This document shows positions 42,164-51,747 of a stretch of DNA of 64,000 nucleotides, piece after piece. Location: assembly GCA_959027945.1 (NCBI GenBank), contig CAUFRO010000001.1:15260-79259 (forward strand), written 5' to 3'. Source of the DNA: an uncultured Collinsella sp. (GTDB lineage Bacteria; Actinomycetota; Coriobacteriia; Coriobacteriales; Coriobacteriaceae). The notes beneath the pieces are model-generated. The model was not told the DNA's origin. It worked only from the letters and a program-made list of their open reading frames with translations, and did no database searches. The position numbers and the translations under genes were made by a program. Every line of letters starts with the position of its first letter. Position 1 is the stretch's first letter.

Positions 42164-42994
42164 ATGAGCGACGAAGAGCTCAAAAAGGTTGCCAACGAGG
42201 TAAGGAAGGGCATCGTCACCGGCGTGCACGCTGCCAAGTCCGGCCATCCGGGCGGTTCGCTCGGCGCTGCCGACATCATGACCTATCTGTACTTTGAGGA
42301 AATGAACGTCGACCCGGCCGATCCCCGCAAGGCCGACCGCGATCGCTTTGTGCTTTCCAAGGGCCACTGCGCGCCTGGTCTGTACGCCGTGCTCGCCGAG
42401 CGCGGGTTCTTCCCCAAGGAGGATCTCGAGACGCTGCGCCACATCGGCAGCCACCTGCAGGGTCATCCCAACATGAACGACACCCCGGGTGTCGACATGT
42501 CCACCGGTTCGCTCGGCCAAGGCATCTCCGCCGCCGTCGGGATGGCGCTCGCCGCCAAGCACTGGGGCGATGACTATCGTACCTACGCCCTGCTGGGTGA
42601 CGGCGAGAGCGAGGAGGGCCAGGTCTGGGAGGCGGCCATGTTTGCCGGCAACCAGCAGCTCGACAACCTCTGCGTGATCGTCGACCACAACGGCCTGCAG
42701 ATCGACGGCCCCGTCGAGGAGGTCAACGACCCCATGCCGCTCGCCGACAAGTTCCGCGCCTTCAAGTTCCACGTGGTGGAGCTCGCCGACGGCAACGACT
42801 TCGACCAGATCCGCGCCGCCTTCGCCGAGGCCCGAGCCACCAAGGGCAAGCCGACCGCCATTATCGCCGAGACCATGAAGGGCAAGGGCGTCTCCTTTAT
42901 GGAGAACCAGGTGGGCTGGCACGGTAAGGCCCCCAACGATGAACAGTTTGAGCAGGCCATGGCAGAGCTCACGGCCGCCGGAGAGGAGCTCTAG
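42164..42994 (+). CDS. Transketolase, N-terminal subunit
   Basis: SGHPGGSL, DRFVLSKGH, STGSLGQG, GDGE...EGQVWEA. Confidence 0.96.
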   Translation: MSDEELKKVANEVRKGIVTGVHAAKSGHPGGSLGAADIMTYLYFEEMNVDPADPRKADRDRFVLSKGHCAPGLYAVLAERGFFPKEDLETLRHIGSHLQGHPNMNDTPGVDMSTGSLGQGISAAVGMALAAKHWGDDYRTYALLGDGESEEGQVWEAAMFAGNQQLDNLCVIVDHNGLQIDGPVEEVNDPMPLADKFRAFKFHVVELADGNDFDQIRAAFAEARATKGKPTAIIAETMKGKGVSFMENQVGWHGKAPNDEQFEQAMAELTAAGEEL

Positions 42995-42995
42995 G

Positions 42996-43937
42996 ATGGC
43001 AGACGTCAAGAAAATCGCCACGCGCGTAAGCTACGGCGAGGCCCTCGTCGAGCTCGCCAACGAGCACGATGACTTTGTGGTCCTCGACGCCGACCTGGCC
43101 GCCGCCACGCAGACCGGCAAGTTCAAGGCGGCCTGCCCCGACCGCTTCTTCGATGTGGGCATTGCCGAGAGCAACCTGATGGGTGTTGCCGCCGGTATCG
43201 CAACCACCGGCCGCGTCGCCTTCGCGAGCACCTTTGCCATGTTCGCCGCTGGCCGCGCCTTTGAGCAGGTCCGCAACTCCATCGGCTACCCGCACCTTAA
43301 CGTTAAGATTGGTGCCACGCACGCCGGCATCTCGGTGGGCGAGGACGGCGCTACTCACCAGTGCTGCGAGGATATCGCCCTGATGCGTGTCATCCCCGGC
43401 ATGACCGTGATCGTTCCCGCCGACGACGTCGAGGCTCGTGCCGTGACGCGTGCCGCCTACGAGTGCGACGGCCCCGTCTACATGCGCTTTGCCCGCCTGG
43501 CCTCGCCGGTCATCAACGACCCCGAGACCTACAAGTTCGAGGTTGGCAAGGGCATCATCATGCGCGAGGGTGCCGACGTCACCATCATCGCCTGCGGCCT
43601 GATGGTCGGCGAGGCCCTCGAGGCTGCCGAGCAGCTCGCTGCCGAGGGCATCGATGCCGAGGTCATCAACATGCACACCATCAAGCCCATCGACGCCGAC
43701 CTGATCGTCAAGAGCGCCACCAAGACCGGCCACGTCGTGACCGTCGAGGAGCACTCCGTGATCGGTGGCCTGGGCAGCGCCGTCGCCGACGTCCTGTGCG
43801 AGCAGTGCCCGACGCCGCTTAAGAAGATCGGCGTCAATGACACCTTTGGCGAGTCCGGCCCGGGTGCCGAGCTCCTGCACAAGTACGGCCTGGACGCCGC
43901 CAACATCGTGGCAACCACCAAGGAGTTCTTGGCGTAA
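42996..43937 (+). CDS. Transketolase, C-terminal subunit
   Basis: DVGIAESN, GEDGATHQ, TVEEH...GGLG. Confidence 0.96.
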   Translation: MADVKKIATRVSYGEALVELANEHDDFVVLDADLAAATQTGKFKAACPDRFFDVGIAESNLMGVAAGIATTGRVAFASTFAMFAAGRAFEQVRNSIGYPHLNVKIGATHAGISVGEDGATHQCCEDIALMRVIPGMTVIVPADDVEARAVTRAAYECDGPVYMRFARLASPVINDPETYKFEVGKGIIMREGADVTIIACGLMVGEALEAAEQLAAEGIDAEVINMHTIKPIDADLIVKSATKTGHVVTVEEHSVIGGLGSAVADVLCEQCPTPLKKIGVNDTFGESGPGAELLHKYGLDAANIVATTKEFLA

Positions 43938-43991
43938 GGCGGTCTGCTTTGGCCTTAACTTGAGAGCCGCTTTTCGCATTGGGCAATGAAC

Positions 43992-44036
43992 AAGCCGGGG
44001 CGCCTTCCATATGGAGGGCACTCCGGCTTTGTGTTT
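43992..44036 (+). terminator. Terminator after transketolase
   Basis: AAGCCGGGGCGCCTTCC...GGAGGGCACTCCGGCTTTGTGTTT. Confidence 0.7.
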
Positions 44037-44228
44037 GGAGACGGCAGGGAAAGAAGCTAGAGAGGTTTTACGGTCGGGGCCAGGGCGCAGTTGCGCAACA
44101 TTCAGCCCTAAACCCTAACAGCCAGAGGCGAATCGGAGAGGATTTCGCCCTGAAATGCGATGGCATGCATCCACTCGAAGGCTCGCTGATTCACGCATCC
44201 TTGGCGGCAACGGCCCTCCTTGACATCA

Positions 44229-45482
44229 TCAGGCAACCTGATGGCGTTTGAACGTCCTTATCGCGAGAGCAATGCCCGTCGCGAAAAGCAGGAGGTAGAA
44301 AGCGGCGAGGAACACGGGCAGCTCGACCACGACAGGGCCTATGGCATACGAGACCATGCCGAAGAGGTTGAGGGGGTTCAGTGCGTCGTAGGGGAACAGG
44401 TAGATGACGCGGTTCGCGATGCTGCTCGTCATCGTCGGCACGAAGATCGGAATCAAGATGAGAGCGACGCCGACTGCGAGGATTCCCATGGGGCTGTCTA
44501 TCTTGGCTGACAGTGCGAGCACTATCCCAAGGAGGGCGAGGGTTGCGAGATACCCGACGAGGCAGCATATGAGGGCGGCGGCTGACAGGCTTATGCCGTA
44601 GGTGCATGTGATGTTGTAGATCTGGATGGGTAGACCTGCGCCGTCGGCTCCGTAGAAGACGAGCGTTATTGCCAGGAAGACGAGTGTGAAGACCCAGTAT
44701 ATGGCGCTTGCCGCGATCATAGAGGCCGCCGCCTTCGCGCGCCCGAGCCTTGATTTGCCGAACTTGGTGGACAGCAGGATGGCGTCGGTTTTGGCCCGGT
44801 ACTCCCCGTTGAACACCGATGCGCACGTTATCACGACTGCGAGCATCGCGAATATGAGGAACTGGGCGAGGTTGAGGAAGTCCTCCCATCCTCCTGCGTA
44901 TCCGTACTCGATGGGCGTTTGCATGCCTTGCGCCCTCTCGCTCCAGAACGCCCTCTCATCGTCGTTGTACGAGAGGGCCCCGTTCGCGTCGAGCCCGGAG
45001 GCTATCTTCGAGCGGACTCGCCCGTAGAGGTCGACGGTGCCAGTCGTGTCGATAGCGGCTGCCGCGGACACGGGCATCTGGTAGCCTTGCATCCAAGGGC
45101 TTGTCAGCAGCGCCATGAGGGCGCCGTTCTTCGCGCTGAACTCCCAGTACTCGTTCGCCTTCTCCCCGTAGGGCTTCCTGTCCGTCCTGTACTCTTCCTT
45201 GACCTCGCCGTCCGGACCGACGAACTCCTTGAACTCGCGGAGCGCCTCGGTGGCCTCCTCGTCGGTGATGGGGCCTGCGAGCGCTTCCGTGTTTGCCTTT
45301 ATCTGGGCGATGGCGGCAGTGCCTTCGAATTCGGTGCCCATCTCCTTGGGGTCGAGGGCGTACTGGGACGTTATGTTGAAGAAGGCTATGACCGCGACCA
45401 GCGCCAGGACGGCTGCTATGGAAACCTGCGAGACGCGCCTTGAGAGCATCTTCTTGAGCTCGTATCTGATGAGGCTACCCAC
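44229..45482 (-). CDS. ABC transporter permease
   Basis: LIRYELKK start, extracellular loop, FNGEY...ILLSTKFGK, multiple TM segments; GTG start. Confidence 0.85.
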   Translation of the reverse strand: MGSLIRYELKKMLSRRVSQVSIAAVLALVAVIAFFNITSQYALDPKEMGTEFEGTAAIAQIKANTEALAGPITDEEATEALREFKEFVGPDGEVKEEYRTDRKPYGEKANEYWEFSAKNGALMALLTSPWMQGYQMPVSAAAAIDTTGTVDLYGRVRSKIASGLDANGALSYNDDERAFWSERAQGMQTPIEYGYAGGWEDFLNLAQFLIFAMLAVVITCASVFNGEYRAKTDAILLSTKFGKSRLGRAKAAASMIAASAIYWVFTLVFLAITLVFYGADGAGLPIQIYNITCTYGISLSAAALICCLVGYLATLALLGIVLALSAKIDSPMGILAVGVALILIPIFVPTMTSSIANRVIYLFPYDALNPLNLFGMVSYAIGPVVVELPVFLAAFYLLLFATGIALAIRTFKRHQVA

Positions 45483-46422
45483 GGCGCGCTCCTTTCCTGC
45501 GTGCGATTGCGTCCCGTCCCGCTTCCGCTTTCGTCCGCGAAACCGGCAGGCCCCCGGACTGCTCCTGGAAGAGGTAGAGGTAGACGTCCTCCAGCGTCGG
45601 CTCCACGGCGCGCGCGCTCGGATGCGGGCGCTGCTGCGCCACCACGCGAACAATGGCAGAGCCGTCCTGGGCGTAGTGGATGTTGCCCACCGTGAGCGAT
45701 GCCGACATGGCGTCTGCCTCCCTCGGGGCGACAGTGCACTCCCAGACGCATCCCCTGATGTCCCCTGTGATCTCGTCGACCGTGCCCGTCGTGATGATGC
45801 CGCCAGCGCGCATCACGAGGATCTCGTCGGCGATGTACTCCACATCAGAGACGATGTGCGTGGAAAGGATGACGATCTTGTCTTGGGCGAGAGAGGATAT
45901 GAGGTTGCGGAAGCGGACGCGCTCCTTGGGGTCGAGCCCTGCGGTGGGCTCGTCGAGCACGAGGACAGACGGGTCGTTGAGCACCGCCTGGGCGATGCCG
46001 AGCCGCTGCTTCATGCCGCCGGAGAAGGTCTTGACCTTCCGCTTTGCGGCCTCTGCGAGACCGACAACTCCCAGGAGTTCGCGCGTACGCACTTTCGCCT
46101 GCTGCGCGGTGAGCCCCTTGAGCGATGCCAGGTACATCATGAAATCGCAGGCCGTGAAGTCCGGGTAGTAGCCGAAGTCCTGGGGCAGGTACCCGAGGCG
46201 CGCCCGATAGCCGTCGCCAAGCTGGTCTATGGGGGTGCCCCCGAACAACACGCTTCCCGATGTCGGCCTCATGACGTCGCATATCATGCGCATGAGCGTG
46301 GTCTTGCCTGCGCCGTTGGCCCCGAGTAGGCCGTAGACGCCGGGCGTGAAGCTGAAGCTCACGCGGTCGACGGCGATATGGCTGCCGAACTGCTTGGTGA
46401 GCCTGTCAAGCCTGAGTTCCAT
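45475..46422 (-). CDS. ABC transporter ATP-binding protein
   Basis: GANGAGKTT, FSGGMKQR, LDEPTAGLDP, STH. Confidence 0.95.
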   Translation of the reverse strand: MELRLDRLTKQFGSHIAVDRVSFSFTPGVYGLLGANGAGKTTLMRMICDVMRPTSGSVLFGGTPIDQLGDGYRARLGYLPQDFGYYPDFTACDFMMYLASLKGLTAQQAKVRTRELLGVVGLAEAAKRKVKTFSGGMKQRLGIAQAVLNDPSVLVLDEPTAGLDPKERVRFRNLISSLAQDKIVILSTHIVSDVEYIADEILVMRAGGIITTGTVDEITGDIRGCVWECTVAPREADAMSASLTVGNIHYAQDGSAIVRVVAQQRPHPSARAVEPTLEDVYLYLFQEQSGGLPVSRTKAEAGRDAIARRKGARRG

Positions 46423-46470
46423 GTTCGTTCCTTGTCCTTCGTTCGATGTTGCAGGCATGCAGGAGGAGAG

Positions 46471-47256
46471 CTAGAGCGCCGCCTTTGACGGGCGTGGCGA
46501 GAGGCCGCCTGAGACGCAGCGTATGAGCCTTGACGCCTCCAGGGCGGCGAGCGCCATGGAGGCCATGAGCGCCGTGACCCATACGGCGAGAGACGCGCCC
46601 TCGTACCAGAGGGGGAACGCCGTGCTCAGCAGCCAGAGCGCTGCGAGTACGGACATCGCAGGGGCGACGCTGGCGACGAGCGAGTTGCCCGGCAGACGGC
46701 GCGCCGCATAGAAGCAGGCGGCACACGAGCAGAAGAACGGCGTGCATGCGTACAGCAGTACGCGAAGCGCGTCGATCCCCGCGAGCGTTGGCACTGCCGC
46801 AACGGAGAGCGTAATCCAAAGCACGTCGGCAAGGCCGAAAAGCAAAAGCCTGCTCGCCAACACTTGCACGCAGCTGAACCGGCACGAGTACTCCATCTCG
46901 CAGACGCGGGTCTCGAAGCTCTTGAATACCGATGGTGCCGCTATGGCAACCGAGAGGGCCGATGCCGCCATGACGACGACGGGACTTCCCGAGCGCGGGC
47001 CGATCACGCCGACGAGAACGAGCATGCATGCCAGAAGCGCGATCTGGAGCATCCATGCCCAGGGACGCACGAACCGGACCTGGCTCGCGACGAACCGCCA
47101 GAGCGGGATGTAATCCGCCTCCCTCGCGCCTCCGCAGGCGCGAGCCGCCTCTGCTTCCACGAGCAGCAAGGTGCGCTTGCGCGCCGAGGCATCGGGGGAT
47201 GCCGCGTCGGCGGCGTAGTAGCTCCTCAGCGCATCCTTTAGCTTCGAGTCATCCAT
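46471..47256 (-). CDS. Membrane protein, putative anti-sigma factor or permease partner
   Basis: Overlaps the sigma stop; short N-terminal cytoplasmic part then about 6 TM segments. Confidence 0.55.
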   Translation of the reverse strand: MDDSKLKDALRSYYAADAASPDASARKRTLLLVEAEAARACGGAREADYIPLWRFVASQVRFVRPWAWMLQIALLACMLVLVGVIGPRSGSPVVVMAASALSVAIAAPSVFKSFETRVCEMEYSCRFSCVQVLASRLLLFGLADVLWITLSVAAVPTLAGIDALRVLLYACTPFFCSCAACFYAARRLPGNSLVASVAPAMSVLAALWLLSTAFPLWYEGASLAVWVTALMASMALAALEASRLIRCVSGGLSPRPSKAAL

Positions 47257-47785
47257 TGCCTTCTCCCATCAGTTCCTTGAGCCTGCTGAGCGCGCGCCGC
47301 TCGATTCGATAGAGAGCGAACCTCGACTTCCCCGTCACGGCGGAGATATCGGACATAGGCAGGTCCTGGCCGTAGCGAAGCTCGATGACCTCGCGCTCCT
47401 CTTCCGTAAGGCGGGCGAGGGCACCCGCCATGGTCAGCCGTCCGTCCATGTCTGCATGCCGCACGTCAGGAATTGTCTGCACATCGTCCTCGTCCAAGGC
47501 ACCAACCGGTCTCTGACCTCGGTAGAAGTCGGCACAGACATTGCGCGCGCAGGCGTAGAGATACGCAAGGGGCTTTCCATGCTCGGCGTATAGCGCATCG
47601 CTCCGCACGAGCCGAAGGAACACCTCCTGCGTCACGTCTTGGGCATCCTCTTTCGAGGGGAGCCTTCGCGCGCAGTAGCGGTATACCTTGTCGTAGTGCT
47701 CCTCTGCGAAGCGCCCTACCAAAGAGTCGTTCTCGCGGCCTGGCGCGTCCGCCCTGCCGTTGCTGCCGTATGGAAAGCTATGCAT
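47249..47785 (-). CDS. ECF-type sigma-70 factor
   Basis: HYDKVYRYC...DAQDVTQEVFLR...YLYACARN; region 4 EREVIELRY...ISAVTG. Confidence 0.9.
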   Translation of the reverse strand: MHSFPYGSNGRADAPGRENDSLVGRFAEEHYDKVYRYCARRLPSKEDAQDVTQEVFLRLVRSDALYAEHGKPLAYLYACARNVCADFYRGQRPVGALDEDDVQTIPDVRHADMDGRLTMAGALARLTEEEREVIELRYGQDLPMSDISAVTGKSRFALYRIERRALSRLKELMGEGNG

Positions 47786-48106
47786 TCTCTTCCCTCACCT
47801 CCTATAGGGCATAACGTGGTTTGGCGCCGGGATGTGCGCGGAATTTTGATATTTACGTCCCATTTTGTATCCATGCGGCAGCCCTGTGAGTGGCGGGCAT
47901 TTCACTGAATTCCAGCATGTCAGGGATGATGGCTGGGATATTAATGGGGTTAGGGTGCATCCAGAGCTTATTGCATCGGGCGGCTTGAGCGTTTTCGGAG
48001 AAGAGATTGGGCGGTTTATGCGAGAGTATTTAAGAGGTGGCACCGCTCATTAGAAAACCCTAACGTCAGACGAGTATCAGTCTGAGTGGTCTAGGTACAG
48101 AATTAA

Positions 48107-48155
48107 ATTGATCTTAAAAGTCAATATTGACCTCAGAGGTCAATTGCAATATCCT
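48107..48155 (+). promoter_or_regulatory. sigma70 promoter overlapped by two tandem palindromic operators
   Basis: ATTGATCTTAAAAGTCAAT (48107-48125) and perfect ATTGACCTC-A-GAGGTCAAT (48126-48144); TTGACC-N17-TATCCT. Confidence 0.7.
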
Positions 48156-48174
48156 TCTATCAAAGGAGGTGGCG

Positions 48175-48489
48175 ATGGATATCGAATATGCAAGCAAGTC
48201 GCTGGAGAAGAGCCTTAAGGATCAGAGGGCGATAACGAGGAACTACGGCAAGATAGCCAAGAACCTCATTCATCGTCTTTCCGATCTGCGGGTTGCGAAT
48301 GACCTTTCGCAGATTACCCATCTGCCGCCGCCGCGCAGGCACAAGCTGACCGGCAACTTTGAGGGCTGTTGGGGAATCGACCTCAGCAAGAACATGAGAC
48401 TGGTCATCCGTCCCGTCGGGGAGTTTGACCCGGATGACCTTACGACGATCACCAGCGTCTGCATCGTGGATATTCAGGACTACCACTGA
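48175..48489 (+). CDS. higB: HigB/RelE-family toxin (plasmid-maintenance killer type)
   Basis: 104 aa, PPPRRHKLTGNFEGCWGIDLSKNMRLVI...IQDYH; toxin-first order; AAGGAGG RBS. Confidence 0.85.
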   Translation: MDIEYASKSLEKSLKDQRAITRNYGKIAKNLIHRLSDLRVANDLSQITHLPPPRRHKLTGNFEGCWGIDLSKNMRLVIRPVGEFDPDDLTTITSVCIVDIQDYH

Positions 48490-48511
48490 GCTAGGAGAGG
48501 AGAAGATAGCT

Positions 48512-49564
48512 ATGAGTGATTTCATCGTCGCGCCCGGCGAGATCATCAAGGAATACCTTGATGCGCGCGGTTTGACCCAAAAGGAAGTTTCGAAGCGTAC
48601 CGGCGTGAGCGAGCGCCACCTCTCCCAGCTTCTGAACGGGAAGACCAGGCTTACCGAGGACATGGCGCTGAAGCTTGAGAAGGTCATGCCCGACGTTCCC
48701 GCGAGTTTTTGGCTTAACTATGAGGTCAAGTATCAGGAGTACCTTGCCCGCGAACGCGAGGAGGCGCATCTGGAGGAGCTTGACCTTAAGGAGATCGCCA
48801 AGAGGTTTCATTTCAAGGAGGTCTTTCCGCGAACGAGCATGTCTTTGGTTGAGCAAGCTGCGGCTATGCTGAAGATTCTGGGCGTTTCGGATTTTGACCG
48901 CTACATGACTGCAATTCCCGGCGGGATGGAGTTCATGCAGGATGGTGGCAATTCGGAGGCTGTTGCCGTTTGGCTCGGGCTCTGCAAAGAGGAGATTGAG
49001 ACTCAGAATAAGGATTTAAGCGATACTCAATACTCTAGAGAGCTGCTTGAGTCGTCGCTTGGTCGTTTGAAGAAGATTGCCCTGAATCCAGATGTAAACG
49101 GTTCTATCAAGAGCGCACGCAAGCTTCTGAACAGGTGTGGAGTTTACCTAGTTGAGCATGAAGCTATCTCGAACGCTAAAGTACGTGGCGTGTTGACAAC
49201 CTACTTGGGTCATCCTGCTATTTTCATCAGCAAGCGATACAAGACTCATGATCATGTCTGGTTTACGGTCGTGCATGAGCTTGCACACCTCTTGTTTCAT
49301 TACGACCCCAAGCAGCAAATCGTGTCGATGGAAGAACTTGCAAGCGAAGAGCATAAGGACGAAGAGGCCAATGCGTTCGCAAGGCGTTTCTTCGTAGACC
49401 TGGACGAGTATGAGAGCTTTGTTGCAGCCGGTCATTTTACTGAGGGAAGAATCAGGGAATTCTCGTCCAGCCAGAGGGTGGATCCGGGTATTACGGTCGG
49501 CTTTCTTCAGCATGATGGATGCATCGGGTTTGACGCTTTCTCTAATCTTAAGTCCGCTTGTTAG
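48512..49564 (+). CDS. higA: HigA-type HTH fused to an ImmA/IrrE zinc metallopeptidase
   Basis: PGEIIKEYL...HTH...MALKLE...FWLN; HELAH and EEANAFA motifs. Confidence 0.85.
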   Translation: MSDFIVAPGEIIKEYLDARGLTQKEVSKRTGVSERHLSQLLNGKTRLTEDMALKLEKVMPDVPASFWLNYEVKYQEYLAREREEAHLEELDLKEIAKRFHFKEVFPRTSMSLVEQAAAMLKILGVSDFDRYMTAIPGGMEFMQDGGNSEAVAVWLGLCKEEIETQNKDLSDTQYSRELLESSLGRLKKIALNPDVNGSIKSARKLLNRCGVYLVEHEAISNAKVRGVLTTYLGHPAIFISKRYKTHDHVWFTVVHELAHLLFHYDPKQQIVSMEELASEEHKDEEANAFARRFFVDLDEYESFVAAGHFTEGRIREFSSSQRVDPGITVGFLQHDGCIGFDAFSNLKSAC

Positions 49565-49577
49565 TAGGTGACGCCCC

Positions 49578-50720
49578 ATGTATGTCCTCACACTAAAGAA
49601 TCGCCTAAATGAGTTCAGGGCCGTACAAAGGCTGCGGGAGCTCGGACTTTTAGACGAAGGGCTTCTGCCTTTGGTCGAGGTGGTTAAGAAGGACGTTGCC
49701 TTTGATAAGCTGGTCGATCCCTCAACGGGTGAGTACGTCAAGGTCAACAAGCCATATAAAAGTGGAAAGAGCAAAGGTCAGCCCCGTATGTGCACGGTAG
49801 ATGATCTTGAGACTGAGCGCGATGTCACCTTGGATAACATTAGTGATGCCTTTGCCGGTAAAAAGGTGTTGGTCGACTTCTTCCGCTGCTATATGCCCAA
49901 ATACAAAGGCGCCGACCCCTCAAAATGCAAGCTTGTTCTTAAAATGAGCAACGACTTGGCGTTTTACGAGGAGGCGGTTAAGCGGCTTGCCGACTATCGA
50001 GATCTCATCCCGGTCATCTCGGTGATTGACGAGCTGTCCAACCTCTCACCAAAATCCTTGGAAGCTTTGATTTTGGAGCTAAGGAAGACTTCTTCAAATA
50101 AACCAGTCGCCATCCGGATATCGACATATGAGGGGTACGAGCACATCTTGTCTGACCTTTTGGGGCCGGATGACTACTTGATTTACGACATCAACGAGAC
50201 CCCGCCCGCTTCTCGTATCGAAGAGTTTGACGAGTTGGCTGACCTTCATATTGCGGCGCACTCTGTCCTACTGTGTTCGCCGCGCAAACGCGATGACGGG
50301 AACAAGGTGTACGAAGATGGCTGTTTCATCGACAATAGCCACATTCGTGACTTTTCCGAATATGGTTTCGAAGGCGTCGGCGACTATGCCGGGCTTCGTG
50401 ATTCCTTACCGCCCCGTCCGGGCGCGGGGGCCACTGGACGTGCTCTTGCCCTTTTTTATGACGGTTCATCAAATACCTTCAAAAGGTATATCAATCCAGA
50501 CGTGAAGAAAGGCCAATCCGGCTACGACGATGTCGTAAAACAGATACTTGCAGACAGGGGCGAGCTGGAAAGACGTGCTGGCGAATGCGCCGTACTGTCT
50601 GAAATAGCTGATCATGCCGCAGCCGGAAACTATGGCGGTTGGCAGACTTGGATTGTGTACACCGTTGTTCGCTACGTGCAGCAGCTCTACCTCGCCCACG
50701 GTAACAGCTACAACCTCTAG
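49578..50720 (+). CDS. Beta-family / sce7725-like protein
   Basis: MYVLTLK...E..A, LPLVE, IPVI, GVGDYAG motifs recalled from Beta/sce7725 proteins; adjacent to a sce7726-like gene; recognition only. Confidence 0.6.
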   Translation: MYVLTLKNRLNEFRAVQRLRELGLLDEGLLPLVEVVKKDVAFDKLVDPSTGEYVKVNKPYKSGKSKGQPRMCTVDDLETERDVTLDNISDAFAGKKVLVDFFRCYMPKYKGADPSKCKLVLKMSNDLAFYEEAVKRLADYRDLIPVISVIDELSNLSPKSLEALILELRKTSSNKPVAIRISTYEGYEHILSDLLGPDDYLIYDINETPPASRIEEFDELADLHIAAHSVLLCSPRKRDDGNKVYEDGCFIDNSHIRDFSEYGFEGVGDYAGLRDSLPPRPGAGATGRALALFYDGSSNTFKRYINPDVKKGQSGYDDVVKQILADRGELERRAGECAVLSEIADHAAAGNYGGWQTWIVYTVVRYVQQLYLAHGNSYNL

Positions 50721-51538
50721 TACACAATCTCCGGCTCTAGTCTGTTGCGGTAGAACCATTCGTAGTCAATACCGAAGACCTGCGGCTTTACTTTGCAGAA
50801 GTGCTCCCAGTAGGCACCGTAGCGTTGCTTGAGATAGGCCTTAAACAGCCGATTGATTTTGGCTTGGCTGTTCTCGGCAAGACACTCTTGAATGATGGCG
50901 GGCTTTGACATGCCCCCGCCGTCGATGCCGAAGGTCTCGCAGAGGGCGCGCTTGGGCATGACCGCGAGCTGCTTTTCGGAGTCCAGGTTGGTGCTTTTGA
51001 TGGCTTTGCGCTGTGCCTTGAAGTGATAGGAGCCGTCCCTTGCGTCCTGGCTGTAGGAGTAAATCCCACAGGCCTCGGGGACGTAGCTTGGCAGTTCTTG
51101 CCAACGCTTGTCGGACGTCACGACGTAGACGGTCTCGAACACGTCGAAGTAGTCGCTCAACTGGCCCTCGAGACGATCGAACGTGTCGAGGTCGGTCTTG
51201 ATCTCGTAGGCGGCGCTGTGGCCGTTGACCTTACACATGTCCACGCGGCTGTTGCCGATGGGAAGCTCGAAGATGGAGATGTTCGCGGGGCTCAGCGGAA
51301 AGAGGACCCTATCGATGAAATTGGCCTTGATGGTGGCTTCGTTCGGGTAATAACCCATCACCAAGTCGTTGATGGTCCTTCGGGCCGCGTATTTGGAGTC
51401 GAGCGCGGGGGCGAAGTCGCCGAGGACGTCTTGGATGATGGAGATGAGCTTGGATTCGGAGAGAACAGTCGAGTATGAATCGTAGAGCCGCTTTGCAGTC
51501 TCCCTCAACTCTATGTCATCAAGTAGCATGGTCTCCAT
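50717..51538 (-). CDS. sce7726-like protein, PD-(D/E)xK nuclease-like
   Basis: FELPIGNSRVDMCKVNG...AYEIKTDLDTFDRLEGQLSDY...FETVYVVT; ATG after GGAGGT. Confidence 0.75.
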   Translation of the reverse strand: METMLLDDIELRETAKRLYDSYSTVLSESKLISIIQDVLGDFAPALDSKYAARRTINDLVMGYYPNEATIKANFIDRVLFPLSPANISIFELPIGNSRVDMCKVNGHSAAYEIKTDLDTFDRLEGQLSDYFDVFETVYVVTSDKRWQELPSYVPEACGIYSYSQDARDGSYHFKAQRKAIKSTNLDSEKQLAVMPKRALCETFGIDGGGMSKPAIIQECLAENSQAKINRLFKAYLKQRYGAYWEHFCKVKPQVFGIDYEWFYRNRLEPEIVY

Positions 51539-51747
51539 CGTTACCTCCGATGGGAATTTTACCATGATGGCCCAAAAACGCTTCTTAAGTTCGGTGTGTG
51601 TAACCCAGTGGGACGTATTTCTTCGGGCACTGCCGCCTTGCGGCTCCGATGCGCGGTTGACTTTTTGACGCCCGCCTAGGCTGCTCTTGATGAGTAACCA
51701 GGCGGGCATCTTGTTGTGCTTGCCGTACGAGCGGAAAGGCGGTTCTC

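Noticed and set aside
44109..48064. AAACCCTAAC at about 44110 and 48055 as att sites flanking the ECF module
   Set aside because: Only 10 bp with weak flanking similarity; not distinguishable from chance without strain comparison
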